In this document: positions 42,526 to 53,861 of the stretch, piece by piece | Layout of the letters: every line of letters begins with the position of its first letter | How positions within the stretch are numbered: position 1 is the first letter of the stretch | NCBI RefSeq assembly: GCF_000142905.1 | Contig: NW_013657679.1 | Coordinates: 572,114 to 636,113, forward strand | Origin: Thecamonas trahens ATCC 50062 | Taxonomy: Eukaryota; Protista; Apusomonadida | DNA: 64,000 bases | Direction: 5' to 3' | The notes under the pieces: generated by a model | What the model was told of the DNA's origin: nothing | Databases searched by the model: none | Seen by the model: the letters and a program-made list of their open reading frames with translations, nothing else | Made by a program: the position numbers and the translations under genes

Positions 42526-45500
42526 ACATAGCCGGAGAGATCGCCGGCTGACGGCGACATGATACGCAGCGCGTCCGAGGCGAGGACTGATGCCGAAGAG
42601 ACGTTGAGCAGGCCCGAGTCGTCACACGACAGCACATCGCTCCTCGACAGCGACGCTTCGACCGAAGCCGGCGAGTCACCGGTGGCGGCGGCGCGGGCTG
42701 CCTGCCGACGCGCGAGCTCAGCTTGCAGCGCCCCGGCGGCTGGCTTGGCTGGCGTTGCCGCCTCGGAGCTGGATGCAAAGTGAAGGATAGCCTCGGTCTC
42801 GCCGCGGACCAGCGGCGAGCGGAGCGCCGTCTCGGCTGCGGTTGTGCCGCGCCACGACATGGCCTGATGCCGCTTGACTAGATCGAGTACCACGTTTTCC
42901 ATAAAGTCGAGCTCGATGTCAACTCGCGCGGCGTCCTCCATCGACGCCGTCAGCGACTGGTGCAAGTCGACAAGCTGCGCCATCGAGACGTAGAGCAGCT
43001 TGCGATACAGGATTGCGGCCCGCGCGCCCTCAATCTCGCCCGACTCAAGAGCCGTCGCCAGCAGCGAGCGCAGCTCCTGAAGCGTCGAGTACCCTTGCCG
43101 GGTCCGGGCGTGGAACTTGAGCTGCGGACAGTACTCCTCAAACAGCACGTTGAAGAACCGCCAGTGCTTGTGGACGACCTTGAGCAGCTGGCTTTGCGCC
43201 TTTTTGGTGACCAGCTCGGCGTGGACGTTGCGGTAGACCGGAACAAACGAGTAGCACCATGCAGCCTGGACGTCAGCCAGGCCGTGGCACATGGCGCGGA
43301 AGCCCTTGACGTCAACCAGGCTCTGTCGTGCCGTGTCAGAGTGCAGCAGCGCATCAGCCCAAGCCGACTCGAGCCCCCGGGAGCCGCAGTCACTGCTGCA
43401 CGCACTCCGAGCTCGTCGAGCACTGCCCCAAACTGCGCCCGCGACACGGTGCCCGGCAGCGCGTTGGCAGCCGAGTGAACGTTGGCAAAGGCGTGGAAGG
43501 CTTCCGGCACCCGCTTGCGAAAGGCCGAGACAAGGAGAATAAACTCCTCCACAAGCATAAAGAGGAACTCGTGGAGCCGGACCTTGCGAAAGACGTAGCT
43601 CGCCGGGATGCCGCGGTTGTGCGCGAGCCAGGTAGAAGACCGCGTGACGGCAATGTCATCCTCGGTGGCCTCCCGCGCCCGCGCCTCGACCCGCGCCCAG
43701 AATGGGGCAGCCGCCGCAGCTGACCGCTCACCCAGAACCCGCTCAGCGACTGCGCGTGCCCGCAGCAGACACACATACTGCTTACCGGACGTCCGCTGCG
43801 AGGGGCGAAAGTAGGCGATGCCGACCTGGAGCTCCACGGCGAGCTGCCGCGCCTCCAGGTACTTGTCCAGCGCCTTGACCGACCACACCTCTTCCATAAA
43901 CTTAGCAAAGGTGTCGATCTCGAGGTTACCCTTGCGAAAGTGCTGCGCCGTGACAATGACTGCGCCCAGATTGCGCGAGACCAGCGTCGACGTTCCGTAC
44001 TTGGACTTGAGGAACCGGTACACAAACTCGGGCAGCGTGGCGTGCGGCAGCGACGCCTTGTCCAGCAGCGCGTCCGCAACAGCCTTGTCGGCGTACACCT
44101 TGCGCACAATTCGCAGGAGCCAGTGCAGATGTTTGGGCGTCTGGTTGAGGTTCTGCGCGAAAATCTCCACAAGCATCCGGTTGCGGGCTCGGAACCGCCG
44201 CAGCCGCTTGCGCGCCGTCTTGGACTTGAGCGGCGATAGCCGGCTCGCAACCCGCGCCCACGGGGAGGCGCCAGACTGACGTTGTTCGCGTGTGAGTAGA
44301 TGAGTAAAACAAAAAGGGGGGGAGGGGGGAGGCAGGCACGTAGACAACGGAATCGGAGGGAAGATAGGGAATGTGAGTCCTGCACGCTGCAACGCCGACG
44401 ACGTCTTGGCGACAAGCGCCAAGAGTGCGAGGGCGAGCAGAAGAGCACCAGGCTCGCCCGCGGTGGAACGCACTGCCGCCACAAGGACAGCATGCTCGCG
44501 GGCTCGGCTGGGCTCGGCAGGGACGGCGTCGCGCCTGCCTCCGGGAAGCCCAACGCAAAACGCGCAGCCGCCCGATCAAGCGGGCGGCAACGGGCTCCAC
44601 GATGGAGGACAGGCGCGCATTAATATACCACGGTCATGACTCAGAGTCGCTCCAACCCACAGTACGCGGTACTGCGCACGACTGCGCGCAAGCGCGCAGT
44701 CGTAATGGAGGCCACCTTAAGAACCATGGAGAAAGGGAGGGGGAGGTGAGGAGAAACGTTAGGGAAAAGGACATAAGGGCGTACCTTGCGACGGGAATGG
44801 CGTGGCTGCTCGCGCGGGGTCTGCGGCGAGGCGGCAGTCTCGCTGTCGGCGGCCGGCGATTCTGTGGCGGCTTCGGGATTGGGTGACCTGCGACGGCGTC
44901 GCTTGCGTCGGCTTGACGGGGTGCCCTGATCGCCGGCGTCACCGCGCGGCGATTGCGGCGGATGCGCAGCGGCGGCAGTGGACAGGGGCTGGCTTGAGGC
45001 GGACGAATCCTCCACGGACGTGTCCATCTCGACGGCTTCGGTCTCGGCGAGCACTGAGAGCGGATTGAGCGACTCGAGCTGAGCGGCGAGGGCGTCGTCG
45101 TCGTCGTCATCGTCGTCGTCGTCGTCGGCTTCACCGGCAAGACGGACCGCCTTGCTGATCTGGTGGTCGGCAAGGTACTCTGTGACCCGGGTCTTAAACG
45201 ACTTTTCGTTGACCTCCTCGTCCGGGTTGGGGTGCTCCCACTGGACGCCGACGTCGACGGTGGCGCGGCGGGCGGCCGAGTCGGCGTCTGGCCCGGACCG
45301 GGGCTTGCGGCGGGCGACGCTGGCACCCGAGCCTCTGCGGCGGCGATTCCCGCCGCGGATCGAGCCACGGCGGGGCGAGCTCGTCGGCGAGCCGACAGCG
45401 GCTGCTGTTGCTGCTTCAGCGGCCGTAGCCTTGGCCGCTGCCTTGGCCTTGTCGTCGGCAATCATCTGCTTTTCCTCGAGCCAAGACTCGATGTGGCACT

Positions 45501-48500
45501 GGACCGAGACTGAGACACTGTCGGGCTTGCCGCCGCCAGACGGCGTCTGGGTTGCCATGTCGCGTGCGAGACCGAGCATCCGCTTCTTGTTGACGGTCCG
45601 GCTCCTACCGGCCGACTTGGCAGTGGACGGCGTGGTCGAGTCGCGGCCGTCGCTAGCCAGCGACGCGTCGCTGTCCGACGCCAATGCCGATGATGTGGAG
45701 AGGCGGCGGGTCTGGGTCTCGCGCTGACGGGTGGCTGGCTTGGCGAGGACGGCTACGTCGGCGGTCTCAATGTCATACCGCGCCATGCGAGCGTCGAGCC
45801 GCTGCTGGGCCGGCGACTTGCGCGAGCCGCTTGAAGAGGCCTTGGTGTCCGAGCTACCGCGGGAGCGGCGGAGCCTCGTCCGCGACTTTGACCGCCGCGG
45901 CTGCGGATCGAGCGCGGGGTGAGTGGGCGAGCCGGGTTCGACCATTGACGCTCGGCGGGTGGTCGAAGGAACAGCAAGTGAGGCCGAGGGGCGAAGACCG
46001 ACTGCGTCTGCGCCGGAGACCGACTGCTGGACGCGGACTGCGAGCGACGAGACCTTGGCAACCTTGGCACGGAGGGCATGAACCTGGGCGTCACCGAGCT
46101 GGCGGACGTCGGTGGCCGCCGTCGAAGTCAGTAGTGCATGGGCCGATGAGACGACCGACTCGGCAGCTGCGGCGTATGCGTCTGGGTCTTCCTTGGGTCG
46201 AGCATGAGCAGCTCGCGATGGCGCTGCTGCAGCTGGGTGGATGCTACCGCAAGCTGCATGCGGCTTGACGGCGGTGTCGAGTCATTGCCCGATGCCGGCG
46301 ATGTCTCGGGCGATGTCTCGGGCAATGTCTCAGGTGATAGAGGCGTGGCAGCTGTCGCGGGCTGTGGTGGAGGCTTGGACTCGGCCAGCTGGGCGAGGCT
46401 GGGAATGATTGAGGACGTCAGAGTGGCGACGAGCTCGTCGGTGGCCTGGGTCATCTTGGCCGGCAGCTGGTCGTCGTCGTCGTCGTGCCACGAGTGAATG
46501 GTGGTGTCGCCCGAGGCAGCACGTTGGAGCTGCGGCGGAGGGGCGGGCGAGGCTGGGGCGGATCGGGCGAAGCGGGGCAGATCGCGCGACGACGATGCGG
46601 CGAGGTGGGTGTTCGACGAAGAGGTGGCGGCGTCACGCACAAGTTCGAGGCCTGACGGCTGGCGGGTGGCAAAGGAAAAGTCTCTGCGGAGACGCGGGGG
46701 CGGGGCGTGGTGGTCGCTGTCAAAGGCGACGTCCTCGGCGGCGATGAGCGAACACTGGACAGCGGTGGAGACGGATGTGGTCAGCATGCCCGACGAGGCA
46801 GCTGGGTGGAGCGAAGCTGTCGACGATGAGGCGGCAAGGATGGCGCCCATGCCCGACATAAGCATCTCGGGCGGGGTCTGGACAGCCACGGAAGTGGAGG
46901 TCTCGACTTGTGGGAGTGAGGCGTGGCGCGAGAGGTAGCGGTCCTTGAGTGACTCTGTCCGAGGGAGCGTGGGGCCTTCCGGGCCGAGGATGTCGGCGGC
47001 GGCGGCGTCTTCGGGCGACTCACCGTCGCCGTAGGCGACGGCTTCGCGGACCCTGCGGGCGACGGCGCGCAGTTTCTGGACAATGTACTCATCCATGTTG
47101 TCGACGTCTTCAAAGCGGGCGAGCTCGAAGAGCTGCAGCCAGTTGTCGTCGTTCTGGACGAGGCCCTTGACCAAGATGGCGTCGTGATCGACGTCGTCGA
47201 CGGGCGGAAGAACAACCTGGGCGCCCATGGGCTTGTCCATCTCGACGGTGCGCGCGCGTGCGCGTGCGGCAAACTCACCGAGGACCTCGAGCGAGTCAAA
47301 GGTGCGCCGGTAGAACGCTTTGGACTCGTTGATGGCCTCGACACGGGCGGCGAGCTCCTCGTTGAGAACTGCGGCGGGCGTGCCGGCGCGCGAGGGGTCG
47401 GCGGAAGCTGCGGCCTTCTCGCAAAGGATGCGCTGACGGGCAAACTCTTCTTTGTCCGCGACGAGGCGGGCGATGTGAGAGCGGAGCTCTTCGGCGTCGT
47501 CTTCGGAGAGCAGCTGGGTGCGAAAGTCGACGTAGCCGGCCTCTGTCTGGACAGACACGGAGGTGGCCGAGTCTCTGACGGCGGCGGCAGCGGCGAGCTG
47601 GGCGGTGGCATCTGCGAGCTCGTCTTTGAGCTTGTTGAGAGCTTCACGGGCGGCCTGAACCGCGTCGAAGTTTGCATCGCGCTCGGCCTCGAGCGTGGCG
47701 AGCTGGGCGCGGAGGGCGCGGAGCTCGGGAGGCTCTGTGGTAGTGATGCGGACGAGGGAGGTTTCAGCGGCTTCGACCCGGGCGCGAAGCGCGAGAGCGG
47801 CCTCGCGCTCAGTAGCCAGGGCCAGCTCGGTGCGCATGAGCTCGGCCTCTTTGGCCTCTTCGAGAGCGGCGTACTTTGCTGCACGGGCGGCGTCGCGGGC
47901 GGCCTCTCCAGAGACGAGCGCAGCGTGAGCGGCGGCGAGGGCAACATTGCGGTTGCGGAGGTCGGCGACCTCGGTCTCGAGGGCGGCGTGGAGCGACGAG
48001 GTGCCTGTGAAGAGAGAGACGTAGCGGTTGCGAACGCGCTCGAGGAGGACGCCGCGTTCGGCGCAGTGGACGTGGACCTGGCGGACGATTTCGGAGAAGA
48101 CAATGTCCCACACCTCCATCTCGGCGTACACTTCCGAGGGAGGGCGGTCGGCTGCTGCTGTGTTTGGGAGCCGGTCGAGCATAGCGTCCAGGACCGAGGT
48201 GAGGTGGAGGACTTCAGCCCGCGACGACGGCGCTGAAGTGGGGAAGGCCAGAATGGAGGTACCAAGAGCGTTGATCTCGTCCTCGACCGGCGAGTAGAGG
48301 TGGAACTCTTCCGGAATGCGCGACTTTGGGGGCGGGAGCGCAGGAGGCGGGGCGGGGGCGGCGGTCACGCCCGAGTGGCCCGGTCCGGCTGGCTTGGACG
48401 GCCAGCTGGCGCGTTCGCGGGCAGCCTCGCGCTCGACAAGAGCAGTGATGACAGCCATGTTGCGCGAGGCTTTGAACCTGCGGCGGTGAGCCGGGAGCGG

Positions 48501-48710
48501 CGGGTGCGAGGGCCCCGGATGGGAGGGCGGGACCGGGAGTGGGCCCTGGCCAGCGGACGCTGCGTGTTCGTCGGCCTCGTCAGCGAGCTGGGTGCGAGCA
48601 TGCGGGAGGAGGACGGGGAGGACGGCCGACGGGGTGAGGAGCGGCGAGGAGAGCGGCGGGGAGAGCGGCTGCCGCTGCGGGGTAGTGTCCAGCGGTGGGA
48701 GGGTGGTCAT
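42522..48710 (-). CDS. Large ciliary-type protein with axonemal dynein light chain (AXDND1/DNALI1-type) domain; two frameshifts (~46196, ~43376) and a probable intron 44784-44276
   Basis: RAEVLHL..LDAML..WDIVFSEIVRQVHVHCAERGVLLERVRNRY, coiled coil and low-complexity middle; C-terminal WLLRIVRKVYADK..TLPEFVYRFL..KYG domain. Fragments join if single bases are restored in homopolymers. Confidence 0.65.
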
Positions 48711-49046
48711 GGGTTCAGGTGGCAGTGGGGAAGGGGCCCCGGTCCCAAGCAGCGGGGGTGGCGACGTGAGGTGTTTGCACCGGGATGGCGAATTATGTAT
48801 GCAGAGGGGGAGGGGGAAAAGGAGCGACGGTGGTGCGGGGAGGGTTTGGAGGAGCCGTTTGATGCGGGTGCCAGGATGCAGAGGAGGGGAGGGGGAAGTG
48901 TGTGGAATGGGTGATGTGGCGGGTTGGGGCGGGTTAGGGAGGATGGGGGGAGGGGGCGCTCACCATGAGCGCGGTCGCCGGCCAGGAGGCAGCAGGGTGA
49001 GGGGAAATGGGAGAGTGGAGAGATGGCTCGGTCTCGCGCCGGCGAG

Positions 49047-49559
49047 TTACTTGCCGGTGGAGCCGGCCTCCTCGCACCACTCGTTCTCCTTGCGGACCTG
49101 TTCCTCCTCCTCGGGGGTAAAGTCGTTCTTGATGTTGAAGGTCTGGCGGATCTGCTCCGGCGACTTGCCCTTGATCATGTTGGCCACGGTCTTGCAGCAG
49201 AGGTCGAGGAGACCCTTGATGTCGAGGTAGTTGGCGGCGAGGATGAGCTCAAAGAGCACGGTCTGCTCCACCTTGCAAAAGTCGGCATCCCAGGGGGTGA
49301 TGTCGTCGGTGCGGCGGGTGCGGGCGTCATCGTCCTCGGGCGGAGGCGGGTCGTCCTTGTGATGGGTGCACCACTCGACAACCTTGGTGAGGATGGCGTG
49401 GGTGACGTTGGCGAGCGGAATGCCGTTCTCCAATTGGTCCTTGGCAAGGTCGTCCAGAGTGTTCTGCAGAGTCTGCGACTTGCGGACAATGTCCTCCGGC
49501 ACCTCAATCGTGTGGCCGTCCGAGGAGATCAGCTTCACCATGTCGTGGTCGCCAGACAT
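49047..49559 (-). CDS. SKP1: SKP1 (SCF adaptor)
   Basis: [66 protein letters not shown]. Confidence 0.98.
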   Translation of the reverse strand: MSGDHDMVKLISSDGHTIEVPEDIVRKSQTLQNTLDDLAKDQLENGIPLANVTHAILTKVVEWCTHHKDDPPPPEDDDARTRRTDDITPWDADFCKVEQTVLFELILAANYLDIKGLLDLCCKTVANMIKGKSPEQIRQTFNIKNDFTPEEEEQVRKENEWCEEAGSTGK

Positions 49560-50870
49560 CGTTTCTCGTCGCCCTGTGGGTGGTTGGGAAGGGGAAGGGG
49601 GTGTGAGTGACACAATCGGGTGGTTGGTTGGCGAGTTGGCGGCTTGGGCAAAAAAATGCCATCCACTTTCAAGCCACAGGCGGCGACTCGACGAGCCAGT
49701 TTGGGGGCCCAAGCCGGCGCATACGGCGTTGTTTGAGGCGCGGATGGAGACTGGTAGCAAGAGCACGACACCCGCCTCCTTCCAGGCATGGTCGCCACAC
49801 AAAAGGGCGGCGGGTCGGTGCAATACACAAAATGTTCCACGCCATGGCGGCTGGCAAGCGCCACTCGGCCGACCGGCGGCCGGCGACCGCAGGATTCTGG
49901 TTCCTGCCGCACAAGCGGCCCCGTCGCGAGGGGTCGCAGGCACGCCTAAACGGGTACTCGAGGCCACAGGGACACCACCAAAGAGCAGAGCGAGTGCAGA
50001 AACGGTAGGTCACACGATGGTTACCGCCGTTGAGCGACTGGAGCTACGATACGCTCACCATGGCGGTTGGCAGAGCTCTCAGAGGGGTCGGCCGAAGGGT
50101 GGGGGGAGGCTTCCTCTGCGACAAAAAAACGCCATATGCCGCCGAGTGGAAGGTTGTGGGGACGAGACGGGGGCGGGGGCGGCTGGGGCGACACTAGCTC
50201 CTGGCGCTTCCACAAACCGCCGCAGCGCTTGGGTAGCAACAAGAAAAACAACAGACGAGCCGAGTGCATAAGCTCGAGCAAGGACGGGCTTTCACAAGGC
50301 GGTGTGAGGCTGTGGGGAGGAAGAGCTGCGGCGTCTGACGGGATGGTGCAAGGGTGCAGCGCTTGGTGGCTGGCGTTGTCGCTACGCGTGTCACCCAAAT
50401 TCTGCGCCGAGTTGGAACGGGGGGGAGGGAGGGAGGGGGGGACTCTACACACCGAGGCATGTATAGTATTGCCACGGCGAACACGATGCGGGTAGAAGAG
50501 CAGGTACCAGGAGCAAGGCAAGAATGCAGCTGTTTAGGGTATGGGTCATATGATGGAGAGGCAAAACATGGCCAAGGTGTGTTGGTTGCATGACGTACCG
50601 AAATGGAGTGGTGTGTGAGGAAACGAGGTCATAAACGAGCGACCATTGGGAATCGTTCGTTGGGAGGTTGAGGAAGCTAAGAACCATTGAGAGTCAGTCA
50701 TACCATCAAATGCGACAGGGGTGAGGGTGGGGCGGGGGGGGCGGTGGTTGGCTGGTTGGCTGGGCAGGTGGGCAGGTGGGCAGGCGGCGGGCAGACATCG
50801 GCACATCGCTCTGACAAGGAGAAGGAGCGGCGCGAGTGGGAGGAGAGACAGGTGAGGCTCCTTGTGAGGG

Positions 50871-52562
50871 ATGTCGACCGACTCGTTAGACTCGTTCAAC
50901 TCGTCTGTGGGTGATGCCTGGTCGGCGTATGCCAAGGACAAGGCCGAGGACGCGGCGAGGCGGCGGGCCAAAGCCAGGGCCAAGGAGCGGTCGAGTATGG
51001 CGCGCTCGCGGGCAGCACACGCGGCAGTGGGCATGGAGAGAGGCGGCGAGGGAGGGCGGAGCCGTAGAGGGCCAGCGAGATCTGGTGCGGGCATGTACGG
51101 GGCTGGAAAGGGCGGGCTAGGCAAGCGGGCAGGCGGTGGCGTGAGCGGCGGAGCTGCAGGCGGCGGCGGCGGCGCTGGCGGGATGGGCTACGCCGGGGTG
51201 CTCTCGTCGGAGGGATCGTTCTCGTCGCGCGGTGGCGGAGGAGTGTTTGGCGCCGATCCGCTCTCATCGGATGCATGGAGCCGGCGGTCGTCTGTGGCGT
51301 CTGCGGCGTCTGCGATCTCGTCTGCAGGCGCCGAGTCTGCCGACTCGATGTTTGCCGGCGTTGCCGACCGTGCGCGGTTCTTCCTCTTTGCCTCGTCATG
51401 GCGACGGTTCTGCCACCGAATTGTGACGTCGACGGCGTTCAAGACGGTGATCTTTGCAGTCATTATCCTCAACACGCTCATTATCTCGCTGCAGACCTCG
51501 CGGCAGGTCCGGTTTGCCACGGCATGGTACTTTGCCATGATCGACTCGGTCTTTCTCGGCATTTACACCCTCGAGCTCTTGCTCAAGCTCTACGTCTTCC
51601 GACTCAAGTACTTTCGGTCAGGATGGAACTGGCTCGACGCGGTCATTGTGGTCCTCTCATACCTTGAGTACGTCCAGTTTCTGGTCGTCTCGTTCTCGAC
51701 GATCAACCCGCGCATTTTCCGGCTGCTGCGCATTTTCCGGGCCTTCCGGGCGCTGCGGGCGCTCCGAGTCTTGCGGACGATTTCGTTCCTCAAGCACCTG
51801 CAGATCATTGTGTCGACGCTGCTGTCGTCCATTCCTGCGCTCGGCTCGACGGTCCTCATTCTCGGCCTTGTCCTCTACACCTTTGCCATCATCGGACGCT
51901 CGCTCTACGGCGAGATCTATCCGCGGCGGTTTGGCACCCTGGGGCGGGCCTTCTTCTCACTCTTCCAGCTCATCACGCTCGACGACTGGTTCGAGTTCTA
52001 CGACACCATCAAGGACCGCGACCCGACGGTCCTCATCTTTCTCCTCGTTTTTATCGTGCTCGAGGCCTTTGTCCTCCTCAACCTCGTCATTGCCGTCCTT
52101 GTCTCGAATCTGACCGAGGCGTCCAAGGCTACCTCGCGGTTTTACCGCAAGAAGCGGCGGGCGCGTCGGGCGGCCATTGCTGATGCGGTCCAGGGCGGCG
52201 CAGCGGGCGCCGCTGTCGCCGCCGCCACCGACCCGGCCGATGGCGATCCGCTGGCGGCTGCGGCTGCGGCTGCGGCTGCAGGCGCCGCCGCCGGCGCGCT
52301 CGCCCACCGAACGGCGTCGCGGCACTCATCGCACGCCTCGTTGCTCGGTGCCGCCGATCCGTTTCCGCTCACCGATGGCCGCGACCTCAACGCGTACTAC
52401 CCGTCGCTGGCGGTCCCGCTCCGCGACAAGCAGCTGATGTCGCACTTTTTCCAGCTAGCAGCCTCGCTCGAGCACAACCTCGATGTCTACCAATCGCAGC
52501 AGCGGTCGCTTGATGACCTAGTTGATCTCGGCGAAGAAGTCGAAGATGAGGTCGGGCTGTAG
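50871..52562 (+). CDS. CATSPER1: CatSper alpha subunit, CatSper1-like 6-TM Ca2+ channel
   Basis: S1-S6; S4 RIFRLLRIFRAFRALRALRVLR; pore FQLITLDDW (51975-51989); C-terminal coiled coil HFFQLAASLEHN...LDDLVD. Confidence 0.85.
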   Translation: MSTDSLDSFNSSVGDAWSAYAKDKAEDAARRRAKARAKERSSMARSRAAHAAVGMERGGEGGRSRRGPARSGAGMYGAGKGGLGKRAGGGVSGGAAGGGGGAGGMGYAGVLSSEGSFSSRGGGGVFGADPLSSDAWSRRSSVASAASAISSAGAESADSMFAGVADRARFFLFASSWRRFCHRIVTSTAFKTVIFAVIILNTLIISLQTSRQVRFATAWYFAMIDSVFLGIYTLELLLKLYVFRLKYFRSGWNWLDAVIVVLSYLEYVQFLVVSFSTINPRIFRLLRIFRAFRALRALRVLRTISFLKHLQIIVSTLLSSIPALGSTVLILGLVLYTFAIIGRSLYGEIYPRRFGTLGRAFFSLFQLITLDDWFEFYDTIKDRDPTVLIFLLVFIVLEAFVLLNLVIAVLVSNLTEASKATSRFYRKKRRARRAAIADAVQGGAAGAAVAAATDPADGDPLAAAAAAAAAGAAAGALAHRTASRHSSHASLLGAADPFPLTDGRDLNAYYPSLAVPLRDKQLMSHFFQLAASLEHNLDVYQSQQRSLDDLVDLGEEVEDEVGL

Positions 52563-52571
52563 CCTTCCGCT

Positions 52572-53672
52572 TTATTGCGCCGGCGTGTACTCAAAGACAC
52601 CGCTGGCGACGGCGTCGCCGCTCGGCACGGTCCACACGTGCTCAGCAGCGCCGATGTACCCGGGGCTTGGCTCGACACGAAGCACAAGCGGCGCGTTTTG
52701 TGGGACGGCCAGCTCGCCGGCCCACACGCCGGTGATCATCGAGCGCGAGAGCTCTGTCCACGGGCCGGCCGCGCTTGGCGCGGCGTAAACGGCGGCAGCG
52801 GCGGTGAAGGGCTCGTTGGGCGCGCCGCCGAGCAGCTCGACCCGGGCAGCAGCCGGCGAGGTGCGGTCAATGCGAATCGTGGCGGCCTGGGTGTAGACAT
52901 AGGTCGGAACGGCGATGTTGCCGAAACAGCTCGCCATGAGCCGGTCCATAAAGGCGTCGGTGTAGTCGGCAAAGGTGAGGATGGCCTGATCGTCGAATGG
53001 AGTCGGCTGCAGGTTGGCGATTACCATACGCGGGCCGAGGTCCAGATGCTCAAACATGTACGTGTGGAGCGAGGAGCCGAGGACGATGACGAGGTCAGCC
53101 ACAGCGAGGGCGTCGCAGGCGGCTTTGAGCGGGCCGTACGGCACAGTCTCCCCGTAGCGGACGCCGAGCCGCTTGAGCCGTCCGCCGCACGCGGCGTCGT
53201 CGCACCGGCGCTTCATCGGCGGCACAATGACGGATCGGCGGTAGCGAGCGCCGCACCGGAGGCAGTCCTCGACGTACGCGTTGCCAAAGAGCTCAGCAAG
53301 TGCAGTTGGCGGCGTGCCGGCGCGAGCGTGCAGGTTGTCGTGGTTCGAGGTGACAACCATGTTGACCCGGGTGCGATCCGGCGCACTGGCGAGCGCTGCC
53401 AGCGCGCGATGCGCGTACGTTGGCATGGCGTAGTCAAGCTTGTGTTCCTGCACACCGAGCACGCCTGTCTTGCGCAGTCCCGAGTCGCCCTCAAAGTCCG
53501 GCACCGATGCCGAGGTCGAGATGCCCGCTCCGGTGAGAAAGACAATGTTGCGCGCGTTGGCGACGACGTCGACAAGACGGGTGTACTTGGCCTCGAGCAC
53601 GTCGTCGGTCTCGCGGGCTTCGCGCTTGACCATCGGTCGGCTGCTAGAGAGTGATGGAGCGGATGATGACAT
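52572..53672 (-). CDS. Class IV (SIRT6/7-like) sirtuin with atypical active site
   Basis: FLTGAGISTSASVPDF, PTYAHRAL, VVTSNHDNLH, ELFGN..EDCLRC..CDDAACGG, VLGSSL, IANLQPTPFD. Confidence 0.85.
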   Translation of the reverse strand: MSSSAPSLSSSRPMVKREARETDDVLEAKYTRLVDVVANARNIVFLTGAGISTSASVPDFEGDSGLRKTGVLGVQEHKLDYAMPTYAHRALAALASAPDRTRVNMVVTSNHDNLHARAGTPPTALAELFGNAYVEDCLRCGARYRRSVIVPPMKRRCDDAACGGRLKRLGVRYGETVPYGPLKAACDALAVADLVIVLGSSLHTYMFEHLDLGPRMVIANLQPTPFDDQAILTFADYTDAFMDRLMASCFGNIAVPTYVYTQAATIRIDRTSPAAARVELLGGAPNEPFTAAAAVYAAPSAAGPWTELSRSMITGVWAGELAVPQNAPLVLRVEPSPGYIGAAEHVWTVPSGDAVASGVFEYTPAQ

Positions 53673-53861
53673 GCTTGGGCGGAGGAAGGCGGTGTGTGTG
53701 ACCGCAATGGACTGGCAGCAATGCCCCGCTCTGCTAGGTTTTGGTGGTGCGGGCCTGCGAAGGAATGGCTCGGGCTTGCGAAGGAATTCGGGTTTGGAAG
53801 AATTGGCGCGCGTGCTCGCTCAGTTGGCGGCAGAGCGGGCGTGGCACTTGACGGCAGGCAC

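Noticed and set aside
43368-43405. 38-nt GTGCGT...GAG micro-intron as an alternative to the frameshift
   Set aside because: It restores the frame, but has a non-YAG acceptor and is far shorter than the other introns; a homopolymer error is simpler.
13752-49559. SCF gene cluster (F-box, SKP1, WD40)
   Set aside because: Tens of kb apart with unrelated genes between; these are common families.
49560-50870. ncRNA or mobile element in the long SKP1-CatSper divergent spacer
   Set aside because: No tRNA/snRNA pattern, terminal repeats or convincing ORF seen.
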